From Myxococcota bacterium (lineage in GTDB: Bacteria; Myxococcota_A; UBA9160; UBA6930): a stretch of DNA of 64,000 nucleotides. The stretch spans positions 2,464,001 to 2,528,000 of the forward strand of contig OZ245002.1 of assembly GCA_965223415.1 (NCBI GenBank), written 5' to 3'. How positions within the stretch are numbered: the stretch's first letter is position 1; the number at the start of each line of letters is the position of its first letter. This document shows positions 29,298-39,418 of the stretch, in pieces. The translations under genes were made by a program, and so were the position numbers. The notes beneath the pieces were generated by a model. That model worked only from the letters and a program-made list of their open reading frames with translations, searched no databases and was not told the origin of the DNA.

Positions 29298-29308
29298 GGA
29301 ACGTCCCC
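29298..29308 (-). repeat. Isolated family A core GGAACGTCCCC
   Basis: Exact match to the core in the 26401 and 58883 elements; intergenic. Confidence 0.45.
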
Positions 29309-29318
29309 TCCTCCCATC

Positions 29319-29831
29319 CTAGGTGGGTGCTCCCCAGGCTGCGCTTCGCGGGAGCGCCGGCAGCGCGTGCGGCCTCCCCTCGCCGCGCTCGCACCAATCG
29401 CGAATCGCCTGGAGATGGGTCGCTGCCAGACCTGTCGCGAAACGCCGGACGGCGAACCGGTCGAGGCAGCCGCCGACCAGCGGCATCTCGTTGTCGGTCG
29501 CGATCTGCAGGACAAGCTTCGTCCCGCCGGAGCGGTCGGCGGAATCGGAGAGGCCGACGGTCTGGGAGAAGTGGAACAAGCCGAGCGAGACGGCGGACTC
29601 GAGGCGGCAGGGCGGCTGCACGTGGATCGGCGTCTCGACCAGCTCCATCGGCAGATCGTGCAGCCGGCAGGACCAGCGGAAGCGTCGCCCCGCCGTTGGA
29701 TAGGAGGCTTCGGGGGTCCGCGCGGCCACGATGCCCGGGCGCCACCGGGCGACCTGGGCGGGATCGGCGAGCGCGTTCCACACGAGCGTGCGCTCGGCCT
29801 GGATCTCCGCGCCCATCACCAGCTTGATCAC
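29319..29831 (-). CDS. SRPBCC/polyketide-cyclase fold protein
   Basis: AEIQAERTLVWNALADP-x-x-x-x-RW-x-PG N-terminal SRPBCC pattern. Start uncertain. Confidence 0.7.
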   Translation of the reverse strand: MIKLVMGAEIQAERTLVWNALADPAQVARWRPGIVAARTPEASYPTAGRRFRWSCRLHDLPMELVETPIHVQPPCRLESAVSLGLFHFSQTVGLSDSADRSGGTKLVLQIATDNEMPLVGGCLDRFAVRRFATGLAATHLQAIRDWCERGEGRPHALPALPRSAAWGAPT

Positions 29832-29959
29832 GCGTTTCCGACCAACCCTTTGGAACGTCCGGATCCGTCCGGATCTCTCGTTCGGTGCAACGCGAGGCCT
29901 CCGCGTGGAGGGGGGTTGGCCGCGTGTCACCACAAAGCGTAACCGGGGAAGTGCTCGGA

Positions 29960-30970
<1,011 letters not shown>

Positions 30971-31030
30971 CGCCGCGAGGGTACACCGCCCGCGCGATGG
31001 CCGATCGGCGCCGACACCCGCCCCCGCCAA

Positions 31031-31064
31031 GGCAACGAGCGGAACCCGCCCCCAAGAGCAACGA
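31031..31064 (+). repeat. Degenerate family B REP-like element
   Basis: CAACGAGCGGAACCCGCCCCCAAGAGCAAC resembles CAACAAGCGGACCCGGCCCCCAAC (minus strand at about 46123-46146). Confidence 0.5.
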
Positions 31065-31065
31065 C

Positions 31066-31887
31066 TCAGTAGCCGAGGAAGTGGGTGGTGGCATCCAGGA
31101 CGGCGGTGGGGGCGTCGATGTGGACGTGGTGGCCGGCGCCGGGGACCTCGTGGAGCCGGCAGTCGGGGATAGCGGCGGCCATCTCGGCGGCGCCCTCGGC
31201 GGGGAGCAGCTTGCTGTCGGCGCCGCGCAGAAGCAGGGTCGGGCACTGGATGCGGGCCAGGTCCGGGCGGCGACGGGGCGGCACGCTGAACCAGTAGGGA
31301 TCGAACTTGAAGCCGAAGCGACCGTCGGGCTCGACGCGGATCGAGTGGCCGGCGATGGCGCGTCGCAGCTCCGGCGCGGCGTGGGCGGCACCCGGCAGGA
31401 AGCGGAACTTCTCGACGGCCTGCTGGCGGCTGGCGTAGGTGCGACGCAGGGTCAGGGCCAGGCGCGTCGCGCGCCGGCGGCTCGGGCTGGCTCCGCGGCT
31501 CGGATCGACGAGCACGAGGGCCGGGGTGTCGTCGGCCTCGGCGGCGTGGCCCATCGCCACGTGGGCCCCGAGCGAGTGTCCCATCAAGGTCGCCTCGGGT
31601 GCTCCGAGGTGCTCGAGCAGCGCCTCCAGGTCGTCGCCGAAGGCGCCGGCGATGCGTTCTTCCGGATGGTCCGAATCGCCGTGGCCGCGGAAGTCGAGGG
31701 CGACGACGTGGAAGCGGCGCGCGAGGGCGGGCGCCAGATGGTCCCACCAGTGAGCGTTCGCACCGGCGCCGTGCAGCAGGACGAGGCACGGCGCCCCCTC
31801 GTCACCCCAGTGGATCGCGTGGAGCTGGACGCCGCCCAACCCGGCGGTGCTGAACCGCTCCTCCCTCCCACCGCATTCGCTCTCCAT
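31066..31887 (-). CDS. Alpha/beta hydrolase
   Basis: HGAGAN, DFRGHGDS, GHSLG nucleophile elbow, GAGHHVH. Confidence 0.93.
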   Translation of the reverse strand: MESECGGREERFSTAGLGGVQLHAIHWGDEGAPCLVLLHGAGANAHWWDHLAPALARRFHVVALDFRGHGDSDHPEERIAGAFGDDLEALLEHLGAPEATLMGHSLGAHVAMGHAAEADDTPALVLVDPSRGASPSRRRATRLALTLRRTYASRQQAVEKFRFLPGAAHAAPELRRAIAGHSIRVEPDGRFGFKFDPYWFSVPPRRRPDLARIQCPTLLLRGADSKLLPAEGAAEMAAAIPDCRLHEVPGAGHHVHIDAPTAVLDATTHFLGY

Positions 31888-31972
31888 GGCGGGGCGCAAC
31901 GTATCGCAGCGGGCGCCGATCGAAAGACCCCCCGAATCAGCCCTCAGAGGGCCGATTTCGGCATTTTTTCCT

Positions 31973-32000
31973 TTGACTCCGTCGGAGGAACGCTTACCAT
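31973..32000 (+). promoter_or_regulatory. Sigma70-like promoter for the histone-fold gene
   Basis: TTGACT (31973-31978), 16-bp spacer, TACCAT (31995-32000), preceded by a T-rich tract in otherwise GC-rich DNA. GGGAGG RBS before the ATG at 32090. Confidence 0.6.
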
Positions 32001-32089
32001 TCGCAGCCTCGAACCGGGGCGTGCGGTACGCCACGGGGGGGAACACGGCCGAGCGATCTGTCGTCCTCGGCACTGGGAGGTTCAGTCAG

Positions 32090-32293
32090 ATGGCAGCACG
32101 AAGGAAGAAGGCGGCGCGCAAGCCGGCCGAGCTCATCATTTCCAAGGCCCGCACCAAGGCCGCCACGAAGAAGTGCAACGTCGGTGGCGAGTTCTACGAG
32201 GCCCTCGACAAGCAGGTGCGCGAGCTGATCAAGGACGCGGAAGCCCGCGCGATCGGCAACAAGCGCAAGACGCTGAAGGCCGTCGACCTCTAG
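32090..32293 (+). CDS. Bacterial histone-fold protein (Bd0055/HBb-like) with a basic N-terminal tail
   Basis: MAARRKKAARKPAELIISKARTKAATKKCNVGGEFYEALDKQVRELIKDAEARAIGNKRKTLKAVDL (67 aa). Has the LII-x-x-x-x-K alpha1 pattern, a long alpha2 (EAL...A...A) and the histone-fold signature RKTL-x-x-x-D. Confidence 0.85.
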   Translation: MAARRKKAARKPAELIISKARTKAATKKCNVGGEFYEALDKQVRELIKDAEARAIGNKRKTLKAVDL

Positions 32294-32306
32294 GGTCGCG
32301 CCGGAA

Positions 32307-32350
32307 GAACGAGAGCCCGCGGGGCCTTGGCCCCGCGGGCTCTTTCGTTC
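32307..32350. terminator. Strong hairpin terminator, probably bidirectional
   Basis: AGAGCCCGCGGGGCC-TT-GGCCCCGCGGGCTCT followed by TTCGTTC; between convergent genes. Confidence 0.85.
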
Positions 32351-33547
32351 TCAGTCCTCCTCTCCGCCCTCGTCCTCGCCGGTTTCCTCTTCGATGTGGA
32401 CGGGGGGCGCGGCGCGCCCCGCCGCGCGCTCCCGGTTGAAGCCGACCCGGAACAGCCGCTCCAGGGAGACGCGGCGCACCACCTCCGCGCCCGGCCGGTC
32501 GTGCTCGGCACACAGGTGGTCGAGGCCCAGGCTGGCGAAGCGCGCGGCCTTGGCGAGCGAGGCGGGGAGCGTCTCCGCGTCTCCCAGGTCGAGGTCGTCG
32601 GCCACGGCCACCCGGTTGGCCAGGGTGAGGAACTCGAGCAGTCGCGGCCGCCGCTCCTCCTCCGAGAGCGCGGCGAAGGCGCGGAACAGGCTGTAGTCCC
32701 GCTCGGCGACGGCCGGGAAGCTCGGCATCCAGACCGGGAGGGGCCAGTCCTCCAGGTCGAGGGCGCGCTCCTCCTCGGGCAGGTGGCCGACCTGGCCCTC
32801 GTCCAGGAAGGCGTAGACCGCCTTCGCCTCGTCCAGGGGCGGGAAGCCCAGATCCTGCAGGCGCCCGCCGCGCCAACGCCGCGCCCACTCCTCGGTCTCG
32901 GTCGGCAGCTCCCAGATCACCGCCTGCAGCAGGCGGAAGTAGAGCCAGTAGCTCTTCTGGAAGAGCACGCGCAAGAAGCCCAGCACCTCGTCCAGGTCGT
33001 CGTCGCTGTGCCGTGCCACCAGGTAGAACTGTCCGTCGATGGTCTGGCCGCCGGCGGGCGGGGTCCAGTCGTCGTCGCCGGAGGGCTTGAGGGTCACCTC
33101 CACCCGCTCCATCAGGAGCAGCGTCCAGGCCTCTGGATCGACGGCCTCCGAGGCGCGCAGCAGCGTCTCGTCGCCGGCGTCGGCGAAGGCCTCGAGCCAG
33201 CCCGCCAGGCGACCGCGATCCGGCAGGCCCGCGCGCCATCCGTCGAGGTCGATGCAGGCGGTGATCTGCTCCGGCGTGGCGTGCTCGAGGATCCACCCGG
33301 CGTCGGCCAGCCCGACCGCCTTGGCCGTGAAGCACAGCTCCGCCGGGGGCAGGCGCGGGATCAATCGCGCCGGCTCCGCCGCCAACCCGAGGAGCTCGCC
33401 GCGGCGGCCGACCGGGGTCTCGCAGACGAGGGCCACCTGGGCGTCGAGGGGGTGCTCGGCCAGGACCTCTCGGGCGGCGGTGCGGTCGGTGCGGGCCAGC
33501 TCCAGGATGCGGCGCGCCTGGGGCGGGGGAAGCAAGGGGGTTCCCAT
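32351..33547 (-). CDS. DUF6178 family protein
   Basis: DLDGW, LAGWLEAF, EEWA-x-RWR-x-GRLQDLGFP, LANRVAVAD, LERLFRVG. Confidence 0.75.
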   Translation of the reverse strand: MGTPLLPPPQARRILELARTDRTAAREVLAEHPLDAQVALVCETPVGRRGELLGLAAEPARLIPRLPPAELCFTAKAVGLADAGWILEHATPEQITACIDLDGWRAGLPDRGRLAGWLEAFADAGDETLLRASEAVDPEAWTLLLMERVEVTLKPSGDDDWTPPAGGQTIDGQFYLVARHSDDDLDEVLGFLRVLFQKSYWLYFRLLQAVIWELPTETEEWARRWRGGRLQDLGFPPLDEAKAVYAFLDEGQVGHLPEEERALDLEDWPLPVWMPSFPAVAERDYSLFRAFAALSEEERRPRLLEFLTLANRVAVADDLDLGDAETLPASLAKAARFASLGLDHLCAEHDRPGAEVVRRVSLERLFRVGFNRERAAGRAAPPVHIEEETGEDEGGEED

Positions 33548-33626
33548 CGCCGCGGATCGTAGCCCGCGAGGGCAGCGGGGGGAGTCCTTGGCCTTCAGGC
33601 GCAGTGCTATCGTCCGCCCGTTCGCC

Positions 33627-34943
33627 GTGGCAGCCGCGTCGCCCCAACCCTCGTCTCGCTCCGCGCTGCGTGCCGCCAGCGGCGCCGCTGCGCTGCCCGC
33701 GCTGCTCGCTGCGAGCGCGACGGGTCTGGGCGCCGGCGGCGCCTTCTGGTGGACGATCGGCGCCGGGTGGATCGCTGTGTCCGCACTCCTGGGCGGATTC
33801 GTCCTCCGCCGCGGGCCGCTCAGGCTGTGGTGGCTCGGGCAGGCGGCGGCCGGCGTCGTGTTGGCCCTGGCCGTCGGGGCGTTCCATGCCGCGGCCGCGG
33901 GCTCCGGGCCGAGCGTTCCCGACGTCCATCGCACGCTCGCCCTCGACGTCGATGCGGGTGTGGCCCTCGACCCGGAGCTGAGCTGCGAGCCCGGCGTGCG
34001 CGCGGGCGCGGCGCTCGCGAGCCCCGGTGCCCATCCCCGGCTCGGCTCGAAGGGGGAGCGGCTCTGGTTCGACGCGCCGGGCCCGGAAGGCCGGCGCCAG
34101 ATCCACCTGCTGGAGGGGCCGGACCGTGACGCGCCGCGTGCGCGTTGCTGGACCTGCGGCGAGCCGGGCGAGAACCGTCGCCCGGCGCCGAACCCCTACG
34201 GCGAAGGCGTGCTGTTCGAATCCGACCGAAACGGGAGCGTCGATGTCTTCGTCGCGGAGACGCGCGAGCGCAGGCGGGGGCGCCTCCCTTCTCGCCGCGT
34301 CACGCAGCTCGCGTCCGCGGACCGCTTTCCGATCTTCGAGGCGGGAGGTCGGGGGCTCGTGTGGTCCACCGGCGATGCGGGGCGCTTCGCCGTGGAGGCT
34401 GCGGGCATGGCCACAGGGCACGGCGGCCTCGTCCTCGGAGCCCGGCGCCGGCTGATCGCCGGTGGCCGCGCCTGGGTGGCGCCGCTCGCCTGGTCGCCGG
34501 ACGCGCGCTCCCTGGTCTACGCCCGCGGCGCCGGGCCCGGCGCCTTCGAGGGGCGACTCCTCGATCCGGCGACCGGCGACGAGCGCTCCCTCGGTCCCCT
34601 CGTGGCGGCCTCGTTCTCGCGGGACGGACGGCTCCTCGCCGTCGCCAGCGAGGAAGGACGGGGAACGGGCCCCGCCGGCCTCGGATTCCTGCTGGCGCGG
34701 CTCCCCGGCGAAGGCGGGGTGGGCGAAGGGCAGCCCGGGCGCAGCGTCCTCCTCATCGGCTCGCCCGACGCAGCGCTCGCCGCGGTCGACCTCGGCCCGG
34801 TCGCCGACTGGGGTGCGCCGACCGGCGTCGCCCTCGCACCCGACGGCCGATCACTCGTGCTGGGCCAGTGGCGCCGGAGCGCGAACGGCGGCCGGGAGGA
34901 GCGGCTCATCCGGCTGCTGCGGAGCTGCTCCGTCCGGCCGTAG
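33627..34943 (+). CDS. Membrane-anchored TolB/PD40-like beta-propeller protein
   Basis: Three N-terminal TM segments, CWTC, FESDRNG, WSPDARSLVY, FSRDGRLL and LAPDGRSL repeats. Start uncertain. Confidence 0.7.
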   Translation: MAAASPQPSSRSALRAASGAAALPALLAASATGLGAGGAFWWTIGAGWIAVSALLGGFVLRRGPLRLWWLGQAAAGVVLALAVGAFHAAAAGSGPSVPDVHRTLALDVDAGVALDPELSCEPGVRAGAALASPGAHPRLGSKGERLWFDAPGPEGRRQIHLLEGPDRDAPRARCWTCGEPGENRRPAPNPYGEGVLFESDRNGSVDVFVAETRERRRGRLPSRRVTQLASADRFPIFEAGGRGLVWSTGDAGRFAVEAAGMATGHGGLVLGARRRLIAGGRAWVAPLAWSPDARSLVYARGAGPGAFEGRLLDPATGDERSLGPLVAASFSRDGRLLAVASEEGRGTGPAGLGFLLARLPGEGGVGEGQPGRSVLLIGSPDAALAAVDLGPVADWGAPTGVALAPDGRSLVLGQWRRSANGGREERLIRLLRSCSVRP

Positions 34944-34952
34944 CTCTCACGC

Positions 34953-36188
34953 CTACCACGCGTGGAGGCGAACGGGCAGGTACGAGTAGCCCTTCACGAA
35001 GTTCGAGCGCACCCGACGCGGCGCTCCCACGACCTCGATCTCCCGGAACCGCGCCAGCGCTTCCTCCCAGAGGACGCGCAGCTGCATCTCGGCCAGGCGA
35101 CTGCCCATGCAGAAGTGGACGCCGAGCCCGAAGGCGAGGTGCTGCTTCGCGTTCGGGCGATCGATCCGAAGGGCATCGGGCTCGTCGAAGACCGATTCGT
35201 CGCGGTTCGCCGAGACGTACCACATGACGACCTTGTCGCCTTTGGCGATCGGCTTGCCGCCGAGCTCCGTGTCCCGGGTGGCTGTTCGGCGCATGTGCGC
35301 GAGGGGCGTCTGCCAGCGGATGATCTCGCTCACCATGTTCGGGATGAGGCCCGGATCGTCGCGCAGCTTCTGGTACTCCTCCGGGTACTCGTTCAGGGCG
35401 AGGACACCGCCGGAGATCGAGTTCCGCGTCGTGTCGTTACCGCCCACGATGAGCAGCATCAGGGTCCCGAGGTACTCCATGGGGTCCATGGCACGGGTCG
35501 CCTCGGCATTGGCGAGCGCCGTGATGAAGTCGAGCCGCTCGGAGGGCGGCCGATCCTGGCGCTGCTCCCAGAGAGCCGTGAACTCCCGGAGGCACTCCAT
35601 GAGCGCCGTCCGGCGCTCCTCCTCGGTGGCGTCGCCGGAGCCGACCTGCAGGGGGCTCGCCGTCGCCATGTCCGACCAGTGGGTCAGTTTGCGGCGCTCC
35701 TCGTACGGGAAGTCGAAGAGCGTGGCGAGCATCCCGGTGGTGAGCTCGATCGAGACGCGATCGACCCAGTCGAAGGTCTCACCGACGGGGAGGGCGTCGA
35801 GGATCTCCCGCGCGCGCTCCCGGATCACGGGCTCGAGGACGGTCAGGTTTCGGGGGGAGGCGACCGGCTGCACGACCTTGCGATGGGCGGTGTGCTTCGG
35901 TCCGTCCATCGTGATGAAGCCCGATTCCAGGGGGAAGGCCGGGTCCGGATCGCCGACGACGATGCTGCGCGCGGAGGAGTAGGTCTCCGGGTCCTTCTCC
36001 ACGCTCACGACGTCGTCGTAGCGAGTCACCGACCAGTAGGGACCGAAGGCACTCTCGGGGCAACGGTGAACCGGGTCCTCTTCGCGCAGGCGTGCGAAGT
36101 AGCCCCAATGGGTGTCCGTCTCGAAGAGCTCGGAATCCGAGACGTCGATCTTCTCGAGAGGAATGGAACGAGGATCGGGTTGGCTCAT
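34953..36188 (-). CDS. Cytochrome P450 (CYP153-like)
   Basis: FGPYWSVTRY, LLIVGGNDTTRNS, EIIRWQTPLAHMRR, heme motif FGLGVHFCMG. Confidence 0.96.
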   Translation of the reverse strand: MSQPDPRSIPLEKIDVSDSELFETDTHWGYFARLREEDPVHRCPESAFGPYWSVTRYDDVVSVEKDPETYSSARSIVVGDPDPAFPLESGFITMDGPKHTAHRKVVQPVASPRNLTVLEPVIRERAREILDALPVGETFDWVDRVSIELTTGMLATLFDFPYEERRKLTHWSDMATASPLQVGSGDATEEERRTALMECLREFTALWEQRQDRPPSERLDFITALANAEATRAMDPMEYLGTLMLLIVGGNDTTRNSISGGVLALNEYPEEYQKLRDDPGLIPNMVSEIIRWQTPLAHMRRTATRDTELGGKPIAKGDKVVMWYVSANRDESVFDEPDALRIDRPNAKQHLAFGLGVHFCMGSRLAEMQLRVLWEEALARFREIEVVGAPRRVRSNFVKGYSYLPVRLHAW

Positions 36189-36231
36189 GGTGCTGTCTCC
36201 TACACCCTGGGAGAGTAGCTATCGTGTCGCA

Positions 36232-36828
36232 ATGCCCGGCCTGGAGGATATTCGCAGAGCCTTCGAGCGCCACGAGCCCGAGCTGATCGAGAGGCCCGAT
36301 GCGCGGCGGGCGGCGGTGGCGATGGTGCTGCGCGAGAGCGGCGACCGCCCCGAGGTGCTCTTCATCGAGCGCGCCCGGCACGAGGGCGATCCCTGGTCCG
36401 GCCACATGGCTTTTCCCGGCGGGCGGGTCGATCCCGAGGACGTGACCGTGCGCCACGCCGCCGAGCGCGAGACCGAGGAGGAGGTCGGCGTCTCGCTCCG
36501 CGACGCCGAGCTGATCGGGCGTCTCGACGATCTCCAGGGCCGCCACGCCGGCCGCTCGAATTCGATGGTGATCTCCGGCTTCGTCTTCCACCATCCCGCG
36601 CCCGAGGAGCTCGTGCCGAACTACGAGGTGCAGGAGACCTTCTGGTTCCCGGTGGGCGAGCTGCGCGAGCCCGAGCGCCACATCGAGAAGAGCTTCCGCG
36701 AGACCGGCAGCATGCGCTTCCCCGGCATCGTCGTCGGCCACCCGGAGCGCCACGTCGTCTGGGGCCTGACCTACCGCTTCCTCGAAGTCTTCTTCGAGGT
36801 GGTCGGCCACCCGCTCAGAGACGATTAG
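36232..36828 (+). CDS. Nudix hydrolase, CoA pyrophosphatase type
   Basis: DPWSGHMAFPGG, AERETEEEVG Nudix box, VWGLT. Confidence 0.92.
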   Translation: MPGLEDIRRAFERHEPELIERPDARRAAVAMVLRESGDRPEVLFIERARHEGDPWSGHMAFPGGRVDPEDVTVRHAAERETEEEVGVSLRDAELIGRLDDLQGRHAGRSNSMVISGFVFHHPAPEELVPNYEVQETFWFPVGELREPERHIEKSFRETGSMRFPGIVVGHPERHVVWGLTYRFLEVFFEVVGHPLRDD

Positions 36829-36854
36829 GAGACGGGCCGGAGGCCCCGTTTCTC
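36829..36854. terminator. Hairpin between convergent genes
   Basis: GAGACGGGCC-GGA-GGCCCCGTTTCTC, imperfect stem. Confidence 0.55.
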
Positions 36855-37389
36855 AACTCTGCTCGAGGTCGACGTCGATGATGAGGCGGTCGGCTTCGGC
36901 TTCGAGGGCGCTGCGGAGGTGGCTCTCGTCCGTGGTGCCGGGGACCTCGGCGAGGAGGTTCATCTCGTAGTGGGGGGAGCCGCCGGGTCCGGGCTGGCTC
37001 CGGGTCGAGAGCTCGACGATGTTGACGGAGTGCTCGGCGAGCACGCCGCAGATGGCAGCGACGATCCCGGCCTTGTCCTCGCCGGCTGCGCGCACCCGGT
37101 AGAGATGGGCGCCCGCCGCGGGAACGGCTGGACGCGGTCCGCCCTCGAGATGGCGCAGCAGGATCGTGAGCCCGTGGTCGCGCTCCAGCTGCTTGGCGCC
37201 CACCGCCAGCCGATCGCCGGCTCCCTCGCTGGACGACGAGCACAGCAGGATGACCGCGAAGTCGGTCCCGAGGATCGTCATGCGCGAGTCCTCGAGGTTG
37301 GCGTCGCTGTCGAGCACGAGCCGGGCCAGCTCGGCCACCAGGCCCGGCCGGTCTCGACCGATCGCGGAGAGGATGAACCAGCGCTGCAT
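36853..37389 (-). CDS. GcvR-like tandem ACT-domain protein
   Basis: SAIGRDRPGLV, NLEDSRMT, GEDKAGIV, NIVELST. Confidence 0.9.
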   Translation of the reverse strand: MQRWFILSAIGRDRPGLVAELARLVLDSDANLEDSRMTILGTDFAVILLCSSSSEGAGDRLAVGAKQLERDHGLTILLRHLEGGPRPAVPAAGAHLYRVRAAGEDKAGIVAAICGVLAEHSVNIVELSTRSQPGPGGSPHYEMNLLAEVPGTTDESHLRSALEAEADRLIIDVDLEQS

Positions 37390-37398
37390 GGCAGGAGC

Positions 37399-37590
37399 CT
37401 AGCTCTCCGCCGGGGCCTCCTCGAACCCGTCGCAAGAGCGCACCGGGAGCTGCGGATAGCGAGGCCAGGCCGGGTCGGCCTCGGCGCGGCCGCAGCGCCA
37501 GAACGTGCTGCCTCGGGCGCTTCGCGTCGCCCGGACGTGGCGGCAGCGCCCGCACAGGCCCGGGCTCGGAGCGGGCGGCTCCGGGCTCAC
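37399..37590 (-). CDS. Small Cys-rich hypothetical protein (possible Zn binder)
   Basis: GLCGRCRH...RGSTFWRC...YPQLPVRSCDGF. Start uncertain. Confidence 0.65.
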   Translation of the reverse strand: MSPEPPAPSPGLCGRCRHVRATRSARGSTFWRCGRAEADPAWPRYPQLPVRSCDGFEEAPAES

Positions 37591-37637
37591 GGGCGGCGCC
37601 TCGGCGTCGGCATCGCGGAAGTCTACACTTCGCACCC

Positions 37638-38570
37638 GTGAGCCCCGGAAGCCCCGACCCCCGTTCGGCCCGACGCCCCGGCGGCCTGCGCGCACGTCTG
37701 GAACGGGTGCTCGACCTCGCGGAGAGCTGGCTCCGGAGCGAGCTCGGCGTCCTCGCGGATCCCGGTGCCGTAGCCCGCGGCCGGGCCTTCCGCTTCGAGC
37801 GGGTGCGCGGACGCGGCCAGCTCGTGCCCATCCCCGATCCGGAGCCCTTCGCCCTGGACGACCTGCTGGGCGTCGAGCGCGCCAAGCAGCGCCTGGTCCG
37901 CAACACCGAGCAGTTCCTGGCCGGCCATCCCTTCAACCACGTACTCCTCTACGGCGAGCGCGGCACCGGCAAGTCCTCGGCGGTGCGCGGCCTCCTCACC
38001 CGCTACGGCGAGCGGGGCCTCCGGGTCGTGGAGGTTCGCAAGGCCGACCTGGCCCACCTGCCTGACGTGCTGACGCTCCTCCGCCCGCACGCCGAGTGCT
38101 TCCTGGTCTTCTGCGACGATCTCTCCTTCTCCGACGGCGATGCGGGCTACCGCGAGCTGAAGGCCGCTCTCGAGGGCAGCCTCGACGCGCCGCCCCGCAA
38201 CGTCTGCTTGGTCGCGACCAGCAACCGCCGCCACCTGCTCCCGGAGCGCCGTTCCGAGAACCAGGAGGTCCGCCTCGACGAGGACGGCGAGCTGCACCTG
38301 GGCGAGACCATCGATGAGAAGCTCGCCCTCTCCGACCGCTTCGGACTGATGCTCGGCTTCTTCGGCTTCGACCAGAAGACCTATCTCCGGATCGTCGCCC
38401 ACCACGCCTCGGCGGCCGGCATCGACGTGGACCCGGAGCAGCTGCGAAGCGACGCGCTGCGCTGGGCCCTGGACCGCTCGTCGCGGTCCGGTCGCACGGC
38501 CCGCCAGTTCGTGAACGACCTGGCAGGACGCCTCGCTCTCCAGGCCTCCGGCGACCGGGGCGACGCGTGA
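37638..38570 (+). CDS. DUF815 family AAA+ ATPase
   Basis: NTEQFL, GERGTGKSS, FCDDLSF, ATSNRRHL, LSDRFG, RSGRTARQF. Confidence 0.93.
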   Translation: MSPGSPDPRSARRPGGLRARLERVLDLAESWLRSELGVLADPGAVARGRAFRFERVRGRGQLVPIPDPEPFALDDLLGVERAKQRLVRNTEQFLAGHPFNHVLLYGERGTGKSSAVRGLLTRYGERGLRVVEVRKADLAHLPDVLTLLRPHAECFLVFCDDLSFSDGDAGYRELKAALEGSLDAPPRNVCLVATSNRRHLLPERRSENQEVRLDEDGELHLGETIDEKLALSDRFGLMLGFFGFDQKTYLRIVAHHASAAGIDVDPEQLRSDALRWALDRSSRSGRTARQFVNDLAGRLALQASGDRGDA

Positions 38571-39409
38571 TGCGGCAACTCGCCCTGATGCTGCTCCTCC
38601 TGTCGTCCGGCCCCCTGCAGGCGGTCGCGGTCGCGGCCGCGGCCGAGGAGCCCGCCGCCGCCTCCGAGGAGCCCACCCCTGCGGAGGACTGGGCCGAGAT
38701 CGACGACATCCTCGAGGAGGACTGGCTCCAGCCGGACCCGGCCGAACGGGATCCCCTGGAGCCGATGAACCGGAGCGTCCATGGACTGAACGAGGGTTTC
38801 CTGAGCTGGGTCGTCCAGCCGGTCCACCGCGCCTACCGCTTCGTGGTTCCCGCCGCGGCACGGCGAGGCCTGGCGCGCTTCTTCTCCAACCTCCATGCGC
38901 CGGTGATCCTCGTGAACGACGTGCTCCAGCTCGCCCCCGTCCAGGCGGGGGAGACCAGTGCGCGTTTCGTCGTCAACTCGACCCTCGGCATCGGCGGCCT
39001 CTTCGATCCGGCCACGCCCCTGGGCCTCCCCGGTCACGAGACCGACTTCGGCGAGACGCTGGCCGCCTACTGGACTCCGAGCGGCCCGTACCTGGTCGTC
39101 CCGATCCTCGGCCCCTCGACGGTCCGGGATGCCGTGGGTGAGGCGGTGGACGGCCTGCTCCGCCCGGACGTCTGGTTCCTAGGCATGGGCCCGGGCGTCC
39201 TCCTCAGCACCGGCAGCGGCATGGCGACCTACGACATCCAGAAGGAGAGGCTCGAGGCGCTGCGCGAGACCTCCGTGGACTACTACGCAGCGTTGCGGGG
39301 CGCCTACCTCCTCGATCGGGATGCCCAGGTGGATGCGCGGGTGTGCGGGCTCTCCTGGCGGGCCTGCGTCACGGAGGAAGCTGCCGCGGCGACCTCCGGT
39401 GGTCGTTAG
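38567..39409 (+). CDS. VacJ/MlaA family protein
   Basis: DPLEPMNR, RFVVNSTLGIGGLFD, DFGETL, GPYLVVPILGPSTVRD. Confidence 0.93.
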   Translation: MMRQLALMLLLLSSGPLQAVAVAAAAEEPAAASEEPTPAEDWAEIDDILEEDWLQPDPAERDPLEPMNRSVHGLNEGFLSWVVQPVHRAYRFVVPAAARRGLARFFSNLHAPVILVNDVLQLAPVQAGETSARFVVNSTLGIGGLFDPATPLGLPGHETDFGETLAAYWTPSGPYLVVPILGPSTVRDAVGEAVDGLLRPDVWFLGMGPGVLLSTGSGMATYDIQKERLEALRETSVDYYAALRGAYLLDRDAQVDARVCGLSWRACVTEEAAAATSGGR

Positions 39410-39418
39410 GCGAGCATC

